Below are positions 52,794-64,000 of a stretch of DNA of 64,000 nucleotides, piece by piece. A program made the position numbers and the translations under genes. The stretch comes from Octopus sinensis (lineage: Eukaryota). The notes beneath the pieces were generated by a model that saw only the letters and a program-made list of their open reading frames with translations, had not been told where the DNA came from and ran no database searches. Within the stretch, counting starts at the first letter, position 1. Each line of letters begins with the position of its first letter. The stretch covers positions 72,478,001 to 72,542,000 of the forward strand of contig NC_043005.1 in NCBI RefSeq assembly GCF_006345805.1. The letters run 5' to 3'.

Positions 52794-53166
52794 TGAGCAT
52801 AATCCTATGAACCTGGAAATTTAAAACAGAGGGTTACCTACTTGCAAACAAATGTGGTAATATGTAACAATATTGACCGAGGTTACCATGGTCTTTTCCG
52901 TAGGCTTTTCTTCCCATGGATAAACCTTATCGGCTTCCCCCTTTACACCTTACATCATGACACTGTGATACACGATCCCTATTGATCGTTTTTTTCTCTT
53001 TTGTTTCTCTTCCTTTTTTCTTCTTTTTTTCTTCTTCTTCCCCTTTTACAATCCCTTTTGATCGAAAACCTACCCCACCTTTTTTTTTCTTTCCCCAAAA
53101 ATGTAAAGCTCTACTCTGTAATCTGTCCTGTCTGTGTGCAGCCCAGTGTGGCTAATAAAGAAACAT
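52794..53166 (+). mobile_element. Second Tx1-type LINE copy (last codons plus 3' UTR only)
   Basis: tgagcataatcctatgaacc...ggctaataaagaaacat aligns with 39294-39627. Confidence 0.8.
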
Positions 53167-53790
53167 ATCTATTTATCTATCTGCCTATCTATATATTTCT
53201 GTATCTGTGTATCCATCTGTCTATTTATCTTTATCTACATTGCTATTCATTTAACTGCATCTCTATTAATGTACCATGTTTTCTATCTGTATAGGTATTG
53301 ATATATTTGTTGACCCACTTTCTTCCCTATGTACCTATCAACCTACCTACCTATCAACCTACCTACCTATCAACCTACCTACCGACCAACCAACCTACAT
53401 CCCCACCTACCTGTTTTGCTCTGTACCTATCTATCTCATCAGATTTACTTTCTGTAGATGTATGTATCAGTCTCCTCTGAAAATACAGATAAGCAACCAA
53501 ACCTAATAACATTCACAAAAAAATACTCGTGGTGTCCTTGTATGGCCACAGACATTGGGTTAGAACACATAAAAGTGACAACCACGGTTATTTCCTAACT
53601 AAAGCTATTTCACTTTAATTTAATTAACTGCATATATACCTAGCCATTCATCTTCCTGTCTTCTGCCTGATGATGTATCGATGTGAATACATACATTGAT
53701 ACTGTGTGCACTTCAGCATATATTCTTTCAACTGCACCACGTGCATCTGCACTAACCATGTGTGTGTGTGTTTGTGTCTGTGTGTGTGTA

Positions 53791-53840
<50 letters not shown>

Positions 53841-54774
53841 GTTGAAAAGGAACATACAAGTTGATATGTATAAGGAAAATAAGACAAGGTAGAAAATGCT
53901 AAAATAATTTTATCATGAAGAACATATATTAAATACATATATATATATATTTATGTATATATATATACATATATATATATATGATGGTATAAAAATCATC
54001 TTTGCTTTTTACCATCTTTTAAGGTTGAATTTATGGGGCTGACCCTTATATAGTTATAACTTTTGAGGGGCTGAAATTTCTGCTAGAATCCAACATTTTT
54101 TTATGATATACAGGAGCCGACATAACTGCTGATTGAATATTGGAAATCCAATGAATTGGAGTAATAATTCCAATTTTACACATCAAAACACAAGTTCTAC
54201 TAAGCAACAATAACCATAAATAAGACTTCATAGCACTTATAAATACTTATAGCTGTTTCATTTTACTCAAATCCATCTCACTCTTCAGACTGGATTAATG
54301 AAATCAATTTGTATCTCATAATTATTATATGTTACCTCTAACTTACCATAATAATCTGCTCATTGCCAATACTTGTTCAACCATTGGTATGTTTAAACAT
54401 CACCTGTTCAACATGTTTTGCATCACAACCCTCCAAGCACATTATTTTCAAATTCATGTTTAAAATCACACTCATGACAAGTACATTGTATCAGACTGCC
54501 TTTTTGTCTCTAATTAATTCAATGCAGTTTTGAACATTAAATACCAAATTTGAGAAAAGTTGTTGAAACACAACACCATTCTCCATGCAAACAATCTACT
54601 CCCATTTTTTTTTCTTTCATGGCTGGATTAGTGTCCTCCATTATCTTTGCTGTATTTTCATTTTAATGTATTCAATGCAACTTAAGGCCATAAAGTATAA
54701 AACAGACATAAAAATAGATAATGACAACAGAAACATAAACGAACTAGTAAGTATTCATTTATGCTTACAAAAAA

Positions 54775-54950
54775 TGAAGGCGTGGCTTAATGGTTAGGTT
54801 GTTGGCCTAACCATTAATCACGAGATCATGGTTTCAATTCTTAGACTGGGTAGTATGTTGATTTCTTGAATACTTCATTTCACATTGCTCCAGTCCTATG
54901 AACTGTAAGTGTATAACCTGGTGATGTACTGGCATCCTCTTGAAGGTGAA
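54775..54950 (+). mobile_element. Diverged family C-like SINE
   Basis: ggcgtggcttaatggttaggt...ggtttcaattc. Confidence 0.6.
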
Positions 54951-54971
54951 TGTTGTTATCTTTATCACATA

Positions 54972-55188
54972 GAAGAGGGGCTGAAAAGTTCCTGGCTTTA
55001 AGGACATCAAGAAAGCCTATTTAGAGGCCCAAAATTCTGAGTTCTTTTAAAGGACTTAGAAAAACTGAAGAACTGCTTGCAATATGTGTGTGAATCTGAG
55101 AGGGGAATATGTTGAATAAAATAAATAATTAACTGACCCACTTGTATTTTCTTTTACCCTAAACCAGAAACTTTTCAACACCACCTCA
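54972..55188. mobile_element. mariner-type MITE
   Basis: Degenerate TIRs gaggggctgaaaagttcctgg / ccagaaacttttcaacaccacctc with TA at both ends. Confidence 0.7.
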
Positions 55189-55259
55189 TAAATGCCATTG
55201 TGACAGTACTTACATAAATGGTACATCTTAAGCATTTCAGACACAACAAGTCCATTAAA

Positions 55260-56770
55260 ATCCAAAATCCAATAAAATCACACTGTTCAGCTTCAGCACC
55301 ATAAGGATCATCTTCAGGTTCGGTGTCCAGCAGCACACCATCCATGTCATTGCACAGGCAATCCTCTTTTTATCCATCCAATTTATTTCAAATTGAATGT
55401 TTCTTAACTGATTGGACAACAGTGTCAGCTTGAATTTTTTTCCATGGATCAACAATTCATTTACAAATCAGAGCTAGTGATGGCACTCACATACAATCTC
55501 TCCTCATGTATGGCTTTTCTCCATCACACATCCATTTAGTCCACTTGATTCTTGTCATATCCTTAAATGTCTTATTGTTATTAACATCTAATGGTTTTAA
55601 AACACTAGTAAGTTTACCAGAAATTACAGCTACATCAGTATATTGTGATCAGAAGTGCCATGAACTAGTCCCAGATGAGAAATCTTCATTTCATAGTCCA
55701 AATGATTATAAATTCCAGACACCCTTTATTCATTTTCCCCATCAGACCTCATCAATGTAACCACTGCCAACTACATGCTGAGACAAAATCTTGTATCTTA
55801 TATTCATATATATATATTGTATACATTTATGTATAAATATATGTGTATGCATAAAGTTTTAAGATACATCTCATAGACGCTCTTGGATGAATTGTCTGTG
55901 ATGTTTCAGTCTTCCTAAGGGATTTTGGAGCTTTCAGTATCAAAGCATCATCACCTAGTTGACCCAGTCAGGGTTGATCAAGTCCCTCCTTGATCAACAT
56001 CCTGCTTTCTGGATGTATTGTAAATCAGCCATTCAAGAAAGGACTAAAATATATTTTTCTCATGTCTAATGATCCTCCTCAAAACTGATTCTCTTCCCCA
56101 AGCTTTTATGGTTCACAGTCGATTTCTCTCGTATGTCTAGAGTAATGGACATGTCAACCATGTTTCCTGCATGCGATAACTAGTATCATTCCTAATGTCA
56201 ATTTCTGATTGCATATTGGGGAAACTGTAAGATCTTATCATCCAGATCAGCAGACAGCTTTTGTGTGATCTACGTTCTCTTCTGAGCCATTGAATCATTC
56301 CATGTCATGAATGCAATGCACCATTCAGCACTTGCTTTAAAATCCAAAATTCAACATATTTTGGTTCCTTTCATGCTTGGATTTTGTGGGCTACACAAGT
56401 AATTCAATTATCATTTCGAAGATTATGAAACCCCACCTCTGCAGTATATTATATATTATGTAAACCTGAAATGCACATATTAAATGACTTCAAAAATCAC
56501 TATTTGCTTTGACTCCATTATTATAACGACACACACATGCACACGCTTACATACACATGCACACACACACGCACACAAACACGCATGCATGCACACACAC
56601 ATACATACCTACGCATACACACACACACACACACACACACACTTCTGTGATGTGCAATAGAAGCACTATTAGATTGAAATAACCATCTTTGTGTCATACT
56701 TGATGCAGATACATCACAAAAGATCAAATTAAATGCAGTATTCATTTCAAGATAATATCTCTTATGGATA
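55260..56770 (-). pseudogene. Decayed pogo-family (DDE_1) transposase, nearly full length
   Basis: DFKASAEWCIAFM (HTH end), AGNMVDMSITLDI...T*EKYILVLS*MAD, LIWD*FMA, VAVISGKLTSVLKPLDVNNNKTFKD, WKKIQADTVVQSVKKHSI*NKLDG correspond to the pogo FKAS.GW, GNMDETP, TGHEK..TVVL.C.ADG, LVWD.F.AH, IPGGLTS.LQPLDV..NKPFK and SFKKCGISN.LDG motifs; many stops; interrupted by (CA)n and a 240-bp repeat. Confidence 0.88.
55756..55992. repeat. ~240-bp repeat, copy 1 (inside the pogo pseudogene)
   Basis: Aligns with 56879-57149. Confidence 0.88.
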
Positions 56771-56878
56771 ATATCTTTTTAAAAGCAAAAATGTATCATC
56801 CACAGCTGAGAATCATCCAGCAGTGGCAGATAAAATGGTAAACGTGCATTGCTACCTCACTGGACTTTGTCAGTGGCA

Positions 56879-57149
56879 TGTAACCACTGCCAACCACATG
56901 ATGAGACAAAATACTGTATCTTATATTCATATATATTGTATACATTTATGTGTACAATATATATAAGTTTTAAGATATATTGTATACATAAATGTATACA
57001 ATATATATATAAGTTTTAAGATACATTTCGTGGATGCTCTGGAATGAATTGTCTGTGATGTTTCAGTGTTCCTAAGGGATTTTGGATTTTTCAGTATCAA
57101 AGCCTCATGACCTACTTGACCCAGTCAGGGTTAATCAAGTCCCACCTTG
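56879..57149. repeat. ~270-bp repeat, copy 2, with an extra duplicated hairpin
   Basis: tgtaaccactgccaac...caagtcccaccttg, same orientation as copy 1. Confidence 0.88.
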
Positions 57150-57469
57150 CTTCTCATTAGCAGTAAACATCTGGTCTGCCCTCTTTATCCCAATCCAATG
57201 AGTAACATTCTCTGCCATTTCAGTGATAGAACTCATAGTCTTCCTCTTTGCTGCACCAGTAACTCAAAACCCAATCAGAGCCTCACAGAGTTAATGTGAG
57301 TTAATTGACCTGATCAACCCATTTAAACTGCCTTACAATGTGCCTACCAACTAACCCCAATTTCTGCACTGGTTTACCAGCTCCTAGTATTTGACAAGCT
57401 TCTTCTCATGAGCTTCCTCCCAGGGCACAGTCTACTCTCACATGATCACCTAGATCCCTCTATATGTTT

Positions 57470-57700
57470 GTTATTTCTTTACTGCCCACAAGGGACTACA
57501 GACAGAGGGGACAAACAAGGACAGACAAACGGATTAAGTCGATTATATCGACCCCAATGCATAACTGGTACTTATCTAATCAACTCCAGGAGGATGAAAG
57601 GCAAAGTCGACCTCGGCAGTATTTGAACTCACAACGTAACGGCAGACAAAATACTGCTAAGCATTTCGCCCAGCATGCTAATGTTTCTGCCAGCTCGCTA
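57470..57700 (-). mobile_element. SINE family A copy
   Basis: ttatttctttactgcccacaaggg...tttgaactcacaacg...tctgccagctcgc. Confidence 0.88.
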
Positions 57701-57861
57701 CCCTATGTTTGTATGATATGTGTGTATGTGTATATGTGTGTATATCCCTCTGTATGTTTGTATGATGTATGTGTATGTGTTGGCACTTTAGGAAAGTATC
57801 TTCTACCATAGCCATGAGACAACCAAAGCCTTGTGAGATATATACATATAAGAATAGGTAC

Positions 57862-58260
57862 AGGAGTGGCTGTGTGGTAAGTAGCTTGCTTACTTACCAC
57901 ATGGTTCTGGGTTCAGTCCTACTGCATGACAGCTTAGGCAAGTGTGTGTGTGTTTGTGTGTCTGTGTTTGTCTCCCACCATCACTTGACAACCGATATTG
58001 GTGTGTTTACATCCACGTAACTTAGTAGTTCGGCAAAAGAGACCTATAGAATAAGTACTAGGCTTACAAGGAATAAGTCCTGGGGCATATACGTCTGTGT
58101 TTGTCCCCCTGTCATTGCCTAAGAACCAACACCAATGTGTTTATGCCAGATAGAGTAAGTACTAGGCTTACAAAGAATTGAGGCCTAGGGCCTGGTTCCT
58201 TTGACTAAGATTCTTTAATGTGGTACTCCAGCATGGCCACAGTCAAATTAAAAGAATAAA
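57862..58260 (+). mobile_element. SINE family E copy with internal partial duplication
   Basis: aggagtggctgtgtggtaagtagc...; taagtactaggcttacaa occurs twice (~58052 and ~58157). Confidence 0.8.
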
Positions 58261-58739
58261 AAATAACATTTGAATGTGTGTGTGTGTGTATGTGCACCTA
58301 CTTAGCTAATATGTCAGCCTCCTTCACTCTTCATTTAACTTCCTTCCCGCTAACCTTCCTCTCTCACCTCACAATTTCTCTGCCATTCTGGACTCTATGT
58401 CTGTCTGTCTGTCTCTCTCTCTCTCTTTTCACCCACTAGTTCATCATTCTTTTATCCTTCTTATTTTAGTATACACGCAATTCACATGCACATATACATG
58501 TACGGAGTCACATACTGCATTCCTGTGCAAGATAAGTGTTTGTGGGTGAGTTGGGAAGTATTTCCAGCATGCAAATACGTGTGCGTATGCACATGCATCT
58601 GCAAGTCTGACTATGTGTGTTATGTGCATTGGTGCATGCGTGAGTGTCTGTGCATTTATGCTTGTATTTTCCATATGCAGATACATGTGCACATGTCTAT
58701 ACATGTACATGCATAGCTAGAAATATATGAGTATACAGA

Positions 58740-58844
58740 GAGTAAGATACATATATACATGTATATATATATATACGTATATATCTATATATATATGTAT
58801 GTATGTATATATATATATATATATATGTATGTATATATATAGAT

Positions 58845-58876
<32 letters not shown>

Positions 58877-58963
58877 ATATATATACTGTATGTATATATA
58901 TATATGTATATATCTATATATATATGTATGTATATATATATATATATGTATGTATGTATATAG

Positions 58964-58996
<33 letters not shown>

Positions 58997-59031
58997 AATA
59001 TATATATACATGTATATATATATACTGTATG

Positions 59032-59086
<55 letters not shown>

Positions 59087-59111
59087 CACATACATATACA
59101 TATATATACTG

Positions 59112-59144
<33 letters not shown>

Positions 59145-59444
59145 ATACATTATCACTTAGTACATGTGTTTTTGTATATGTGAGTGCTTGTATGTATGTC
59201 TATATATGTGTGGATATATATATATTTATATATATATATATATACACATATATAAATACATGCATATATGTATACGTATATATATATATACATACATACA
59301 TATATTTATTATATATACATAGACACACACATGCACGCACATATGCACATCTTCATGCACATAAATCATTTCATGTGTATCCATGTATGTTCTATTTTGG
59401 TGCATAAGGTTTGCTTATTTTTATTTCTTATATACATATATATA

Positions 59445-59480
<36 letters not shown>
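58740..59480. repeat. Large (TA)n-based low-complexity field
   Basis: Visible. Confidence 0.95.
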
Positions 59481-59481
<1 letters not shown>

Positions 59482-60407
59482 TTAATCTTTTTTATTTTTC
59501 TTCTTTGATACATCATTATTCTCAAGGAAGCAGCTTCATTTTAGCTAATTTCTCAGTTCTTATGCAACATCACATAAACAAGTTTTCTTACCATTCTTTC
59601 CTTACCTCCCACCCTGTCTCTTCTTTTTGCTCCTTCCTTTTTCCCTACTCTATTCCCTTCTCCTCCTCTCTCTCTCTCTCTCTCTCGATTTCTCTATCGG
59701 AATACAAAATATAAAGACGAAACAAAAATGGAAAAGGAAAAAAAAAAAAAAATTAACGAAAAGAAAAAAAATAAACAAAAACAAACTATACACACAAAAA
59801 AAATAAAAAAAAGAAACATACAAGAAAAACAGAAAAAATAAACACACACACATATACGCGTGCATATAGACTTATACATACATACACACAGATACAAAAA
59901 AATGTATGATGCTAAAATATTCGTTCGTGGCACGAATTTGCAGCTGTTCTAGTTAGAGCTAGTTAGTGATCAATAATTTTGGTGAGAGACTCCATCTTGC
60001 TGCAATAAATGGTGCCCTTATCTCTACATTTCTCCAGCTTTTGCTTCTGTTCCACTTCTTGTCAGATCTATAATTATTTGCCGCGCTCACAGTCAGTACT
60101 TAATTTTTACAGTTTTCTGTGGACGGCTTTTATTACTATTCTCCTACAGTTTTATTTTGTTTTTTGCTATTCTTCTTTTTTATTGGTTCGTTTTCTTGCT
60201 AAATTTGTTTTTTTGTTTTGCTTTTGATTATCTCTTCTTTCTTTTAGTATTATTAATTTTTTTCTCTCATTTATTCATCTATCAAGTAGTAGTAATAGTA
60301 ATAGTTATAGCGGTGGTGGCGGCAGTGTTAGTAATATTATCATTTGCTTGTAAGCTGTACACACATTATTAATGTTAGGAATTACTCTTTAAAATAATGC
60401 ATTTACA

Positions 60408-60446
<39 letters not shown>

Positions 60447-60839
60447 ACACACACACACTTTGTCTTGCAAAGCTGCTGCATATCTGTTTGCATATACCTG
60501 TGCGTGCATCCGCATAGATCAGTATATACATATAGATATGTGCATATGCACTCTTTTATCTGTATATTTGCACACACGCACACACACACACACACGTACA
60601 CATGCATTTACATATATGCACACACATACATATATGCATGCATCTTCACTCACTATACATGCAGTCAAATGCATTCACTTATAAACATATCTATACATAA
60701 CAAGTTTAATTGCATAAATATATAGAGGCGTAAACTCTGTGTGTGTGTGAGTGAGTGTATTCAGATACACTTCTATATACATACATATTCAAAAATATAC
60801 GGAAACTGTTAATGTCGGTATAGAAATTTCACGAAGGCA

Positions 60840-61215
<376 letters not shown>

Positions 61216-61847
61216 TTTGTTGATTAAAATACATGTACTATGATGCACGCTGAGCAACTCTTACATGCAGGCATAGACAAAAGCTCGTATAAACATAAGC
61301 ATACATACATGCATACACAGATGCATATATATCTGTGTGTGTGTGTGTGCTTGTGTGACTGTGTGTATAAATATACACACACACACATACACACACATGT
61401 GCTTCCTTCTTAGTTTTTAGTTTTATTTCTTATTGGTTTTTCTGTTTCTATTTGTGTAGGTATGGTGTCTCTATAGATCTGAAGGACGGATGAAGTCGGA
61501 GGGATGGATGGGTTACTAATGTTGGTTAGATAATAATACATTAGGTTCTGGAATCATGAAACTAATGTTTAGTGTATCTTTGTTTTCATCTGAGGTGTTA
61601 TTTTGTTTTTTTTGTTTTTGGTGTACCACTGTTGTAATGTGAATTAATAGCAGTTAGCAAGTCTTGTTGCACTTGCTCAACTGATGAGTCTATTACTCAG
61701 TTCTTGTACATCCATACTAATTTGTGTGTGTAGCTGGCAGTTGAAGTTGAAACAGGCAGCAAGGCTCTAGCTTACCAGATCCTTTGAACATTTTGTTTTC
61801 AAAATATACTCTAACACTGAACGCAATAATCATAAGGCACACATACA

Positions 61848-62058
61848 CATCATCATCATCATTGATTAACACCCGCTTTTCATGCTGGCATAGGTTGGAC
61901 GATTTGACGGAGGACTGGCGAACCAGATGGCTGCACCAGGCTCCAATCTTGATCTGGCAGTGTTTCTACAGCTGGATGCCCTTCCTAACACCAACCACTC
62001 CAAGAGTGTAGTGGGTGCTTTTACGTGCCACCAGCATGAGGGCCAGTCAGGCGGTATG
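61848..62058 (-). mobile_element. Family B (RTE tail) copy, one 61-bp unit
   Basis: catcatcatc...ggatgcccttcctaacaccaacc...ttttacgtgccacc. Confidence 0.85.
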
Positions 62059-62977
62059 ACCATATAAACAAAAAAACTAAAAAAACAAAACAAAATAACA
62101 CACACACACACACACACATACTCACACACATATGCACACACTCATGCATGCACACAAAACTACTGTGAATACACGCAAATTCATTTATAGAGGCTGCTAT
62201 TGTTATTAGAAATTATTATTATTGAGAGATTTTAAGGCAAAATTGATACCAAATCCTGCAGAGATAAACTTTGCTTTTCAGCCATCCCTCTGGCATTAGT
62301 AATATGAAGTACCTGTCATTATGATAGGAGATTGCTCTCTTAGAATATTCTTTGTCTAAGGACAGACTTGATATTCTGCAAATTATTCTGGCCATAAGGT
62401 CCTGATTATGGCTGACTGTTGGTTACAATTCCTACAGATGTATGTACAGTTCTTGATTCCTCTGTCTATAGTTGCAGTGTTTATCTATCCTTAAATCTAA
62501 TGTCATGAGTAGGAGGCTGGCTACAGTAAGTTAGAGCTAATTGCTATGCTTAAACCAAATTCCTTAAATATTCTTATTAAATCCTTCCACTGTCCACCTG
62601 AATCTATTCATAATGTGGCACTTACTGCCCCATGATACTGTTAAGCCAAAATCACGCACAATCTACCTCACAGAGTAATTGTCTCTGAAAGCAGTAGCTT
62701 TAAGTTTTCACCTGCAATACACAGTGGTTAAAGATTGGCAGTTTTGCAGACTGCAATAAATCAGGATACATGAACAAACTTAACAAATGAGAACTGATCT
62801 TATAAATCTGCCTATTGATATGATGTCTTCTGCTGTATTTCACAATATTGTCTAAAGTATTGCAGCAGCATACCTTGTTGAGGTTTTATTAACGTTGAAG
62901 TCCATCACTGACCTGACTGGTTTCCAGTATGTGTGCGTGTGTGTGTGTGTGTGTGTGTGCGCGTGTGTGTGTGTGTA

Positions 62978-63017
<40 letters not shown>

Positions 63018-63169
63018 CGTGTGTGTATTATGAAAACTAGCAAGCTGAAACTTTGAAGTCTGTTGTTAAGCCACATTACTTTGTAAAGAGTAATGTGAAG
63101 AACCAACCTATTCAACAATATCAAGTAATTCTTCAATTTAACATTAAATTGTCTTTTTTAGGACTCTAC

Positions 63170-63345
63170 ATAAAACAAACAACACATGACCTTGCAGGTG
63201 GGGGCTCAATTAGAATTTTCTTCAGGTCAAAGTAGTCCATCCCACTCAAAAAGTCCCTGAATAAGGGTTGTTTAAGAATGTTGAACAAAACACCCATATT
63301 TCCAAAGGTGAATTATTCAAACCCCAAAGAATTCCTCTCAACACA
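63170..63345 (-). mobile_element. Family D internal fragment
   Basis: acatgaccttgcaggtgg...ttctcaacacatg matches 5620-5785. Confidence 0.82.
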
Positions 63346-63349
63346 TGAC

Positions 63350-64000
63350 TCTATTATTATGTGATGAAAATTCACTACTAATTTTGCTGGGTATAATGGA
63401 AGGTGTCAGCTGTCTACTGCCAGCAGACTATGGTGACACTTGTTTATTGGTCATGTTTCAAGAACCTTGCAAAGAATTCTTGTAGTTCCAAGCAATGCTG
63501 ATTTTTGTAGGTGTTCTGCCTTCGCACTACTTGCACCAATCTATGTTGGTAGTTGAGTGCGGATACTTCCAAGTGCACCAATTACTATTGGTATCACGTT
63601 TACTCTATTCATTGACCACAACCTACATATTTCCCACTTTAAATCATCATAGTTGTTTATTTTTTCTTCTTCTTTCACATTGATCCTGTGGTCACTAGGG
63701 CATGCTATGGTCAATAATCATACATGTTCTTTCTTTTTTATTCACTACAACAATGTCTGGTTTCCTATGTCTGGTCAGGTGATCACACTGGATCATTGCA
63801 TCCTACAGAATTTTGCAGTTCTCATTCCTGATAACTCCTCCTGGGGTTTGCTCATACCAGATCCTTGCTCTTTGTTGGCCATGATTTCCACAAGCTCCCA
63901 ATGGATTATTCTTGCCACCTTGTCATGGTGCCGTTTGTATTCACGTTTTGCCAATTTCAGGAATTCGCTAATGATGTGTCTCCGCATTTGTTATTATCAG
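63350..64000 (-). mobile_element. R4/Dong-type LINE: zinc-knuckle region plus restriction-like endonuclease C-terminus, continues past window end
   Basis: HIISEFLKLAKREYKRHHDKVARIIHW...KIL*DAMIQCDH...RKPDIVVVNKKERTCMIID/IACP.D...IPIVIGALG...LQKSALLGTTRIL; PD..D RLE catalytic motif; stops and frameshifts. Confidence 0.85.

Noticed and set aside
54020-54600. Possible Tc1-like terminal and transposase remnant
   Set aside because: Only a vague ttataacttttga motif; no paired TIR or convincing peptide
61681-61710. CTGATGAG hammerhead-like core
   Set aside because: No stem II followed by GAAA

Overview
This is very AT-rich, repeat-saturated eukaryotic nuclear DNA. The (TA)n/(CA)n/(TATC)n/(TAA)n microsatellites and the tRNA-derived SINE and RTE repeat families look like an octopus (coleoid cephalopod) genome; that assignment is pattern recognition, not a database match. 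Almost all listed ORFs are microsatellite or repeat artefacts. The only credible host-gene coding sequence is one 130-nt exon (6151-6280, +) encoding a CUB-domain-like segment, so much of the window may be intron of one large gene. The rest is a layered transposon fossil record: CR1-, Penelope-, RTE-, Tx1/L1- and R4/Dong-type retroelement fragments, a nearly full-length decayed pogo transposase, pogo, mariner and hAT non-autonomous elements with TIRs/TSDs, two non-autonomous Helitrons, and several SINE-like families (labelled A, B, C, D, E here for convenience). The most unusual signals are recurrent local fold-back/inverted duplications (213-533, 38094-38480, 41122-41566, 47223-47516, 56930-57010), apparent microsatellite targeting by a Tx1 LINE ((TATC)n) and by a 550-bp element ((TAA)n), a hammerhead-ribozyme relic behind a Penelope ORF, and a dimeric 61-bp VNTR in an RTE 3' UTR. 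No prokaryotic, CRISPR, rRNA or intact tRNA features were supported. Boundaries of decayed repeats are approximate (about +/-10-20 bp).
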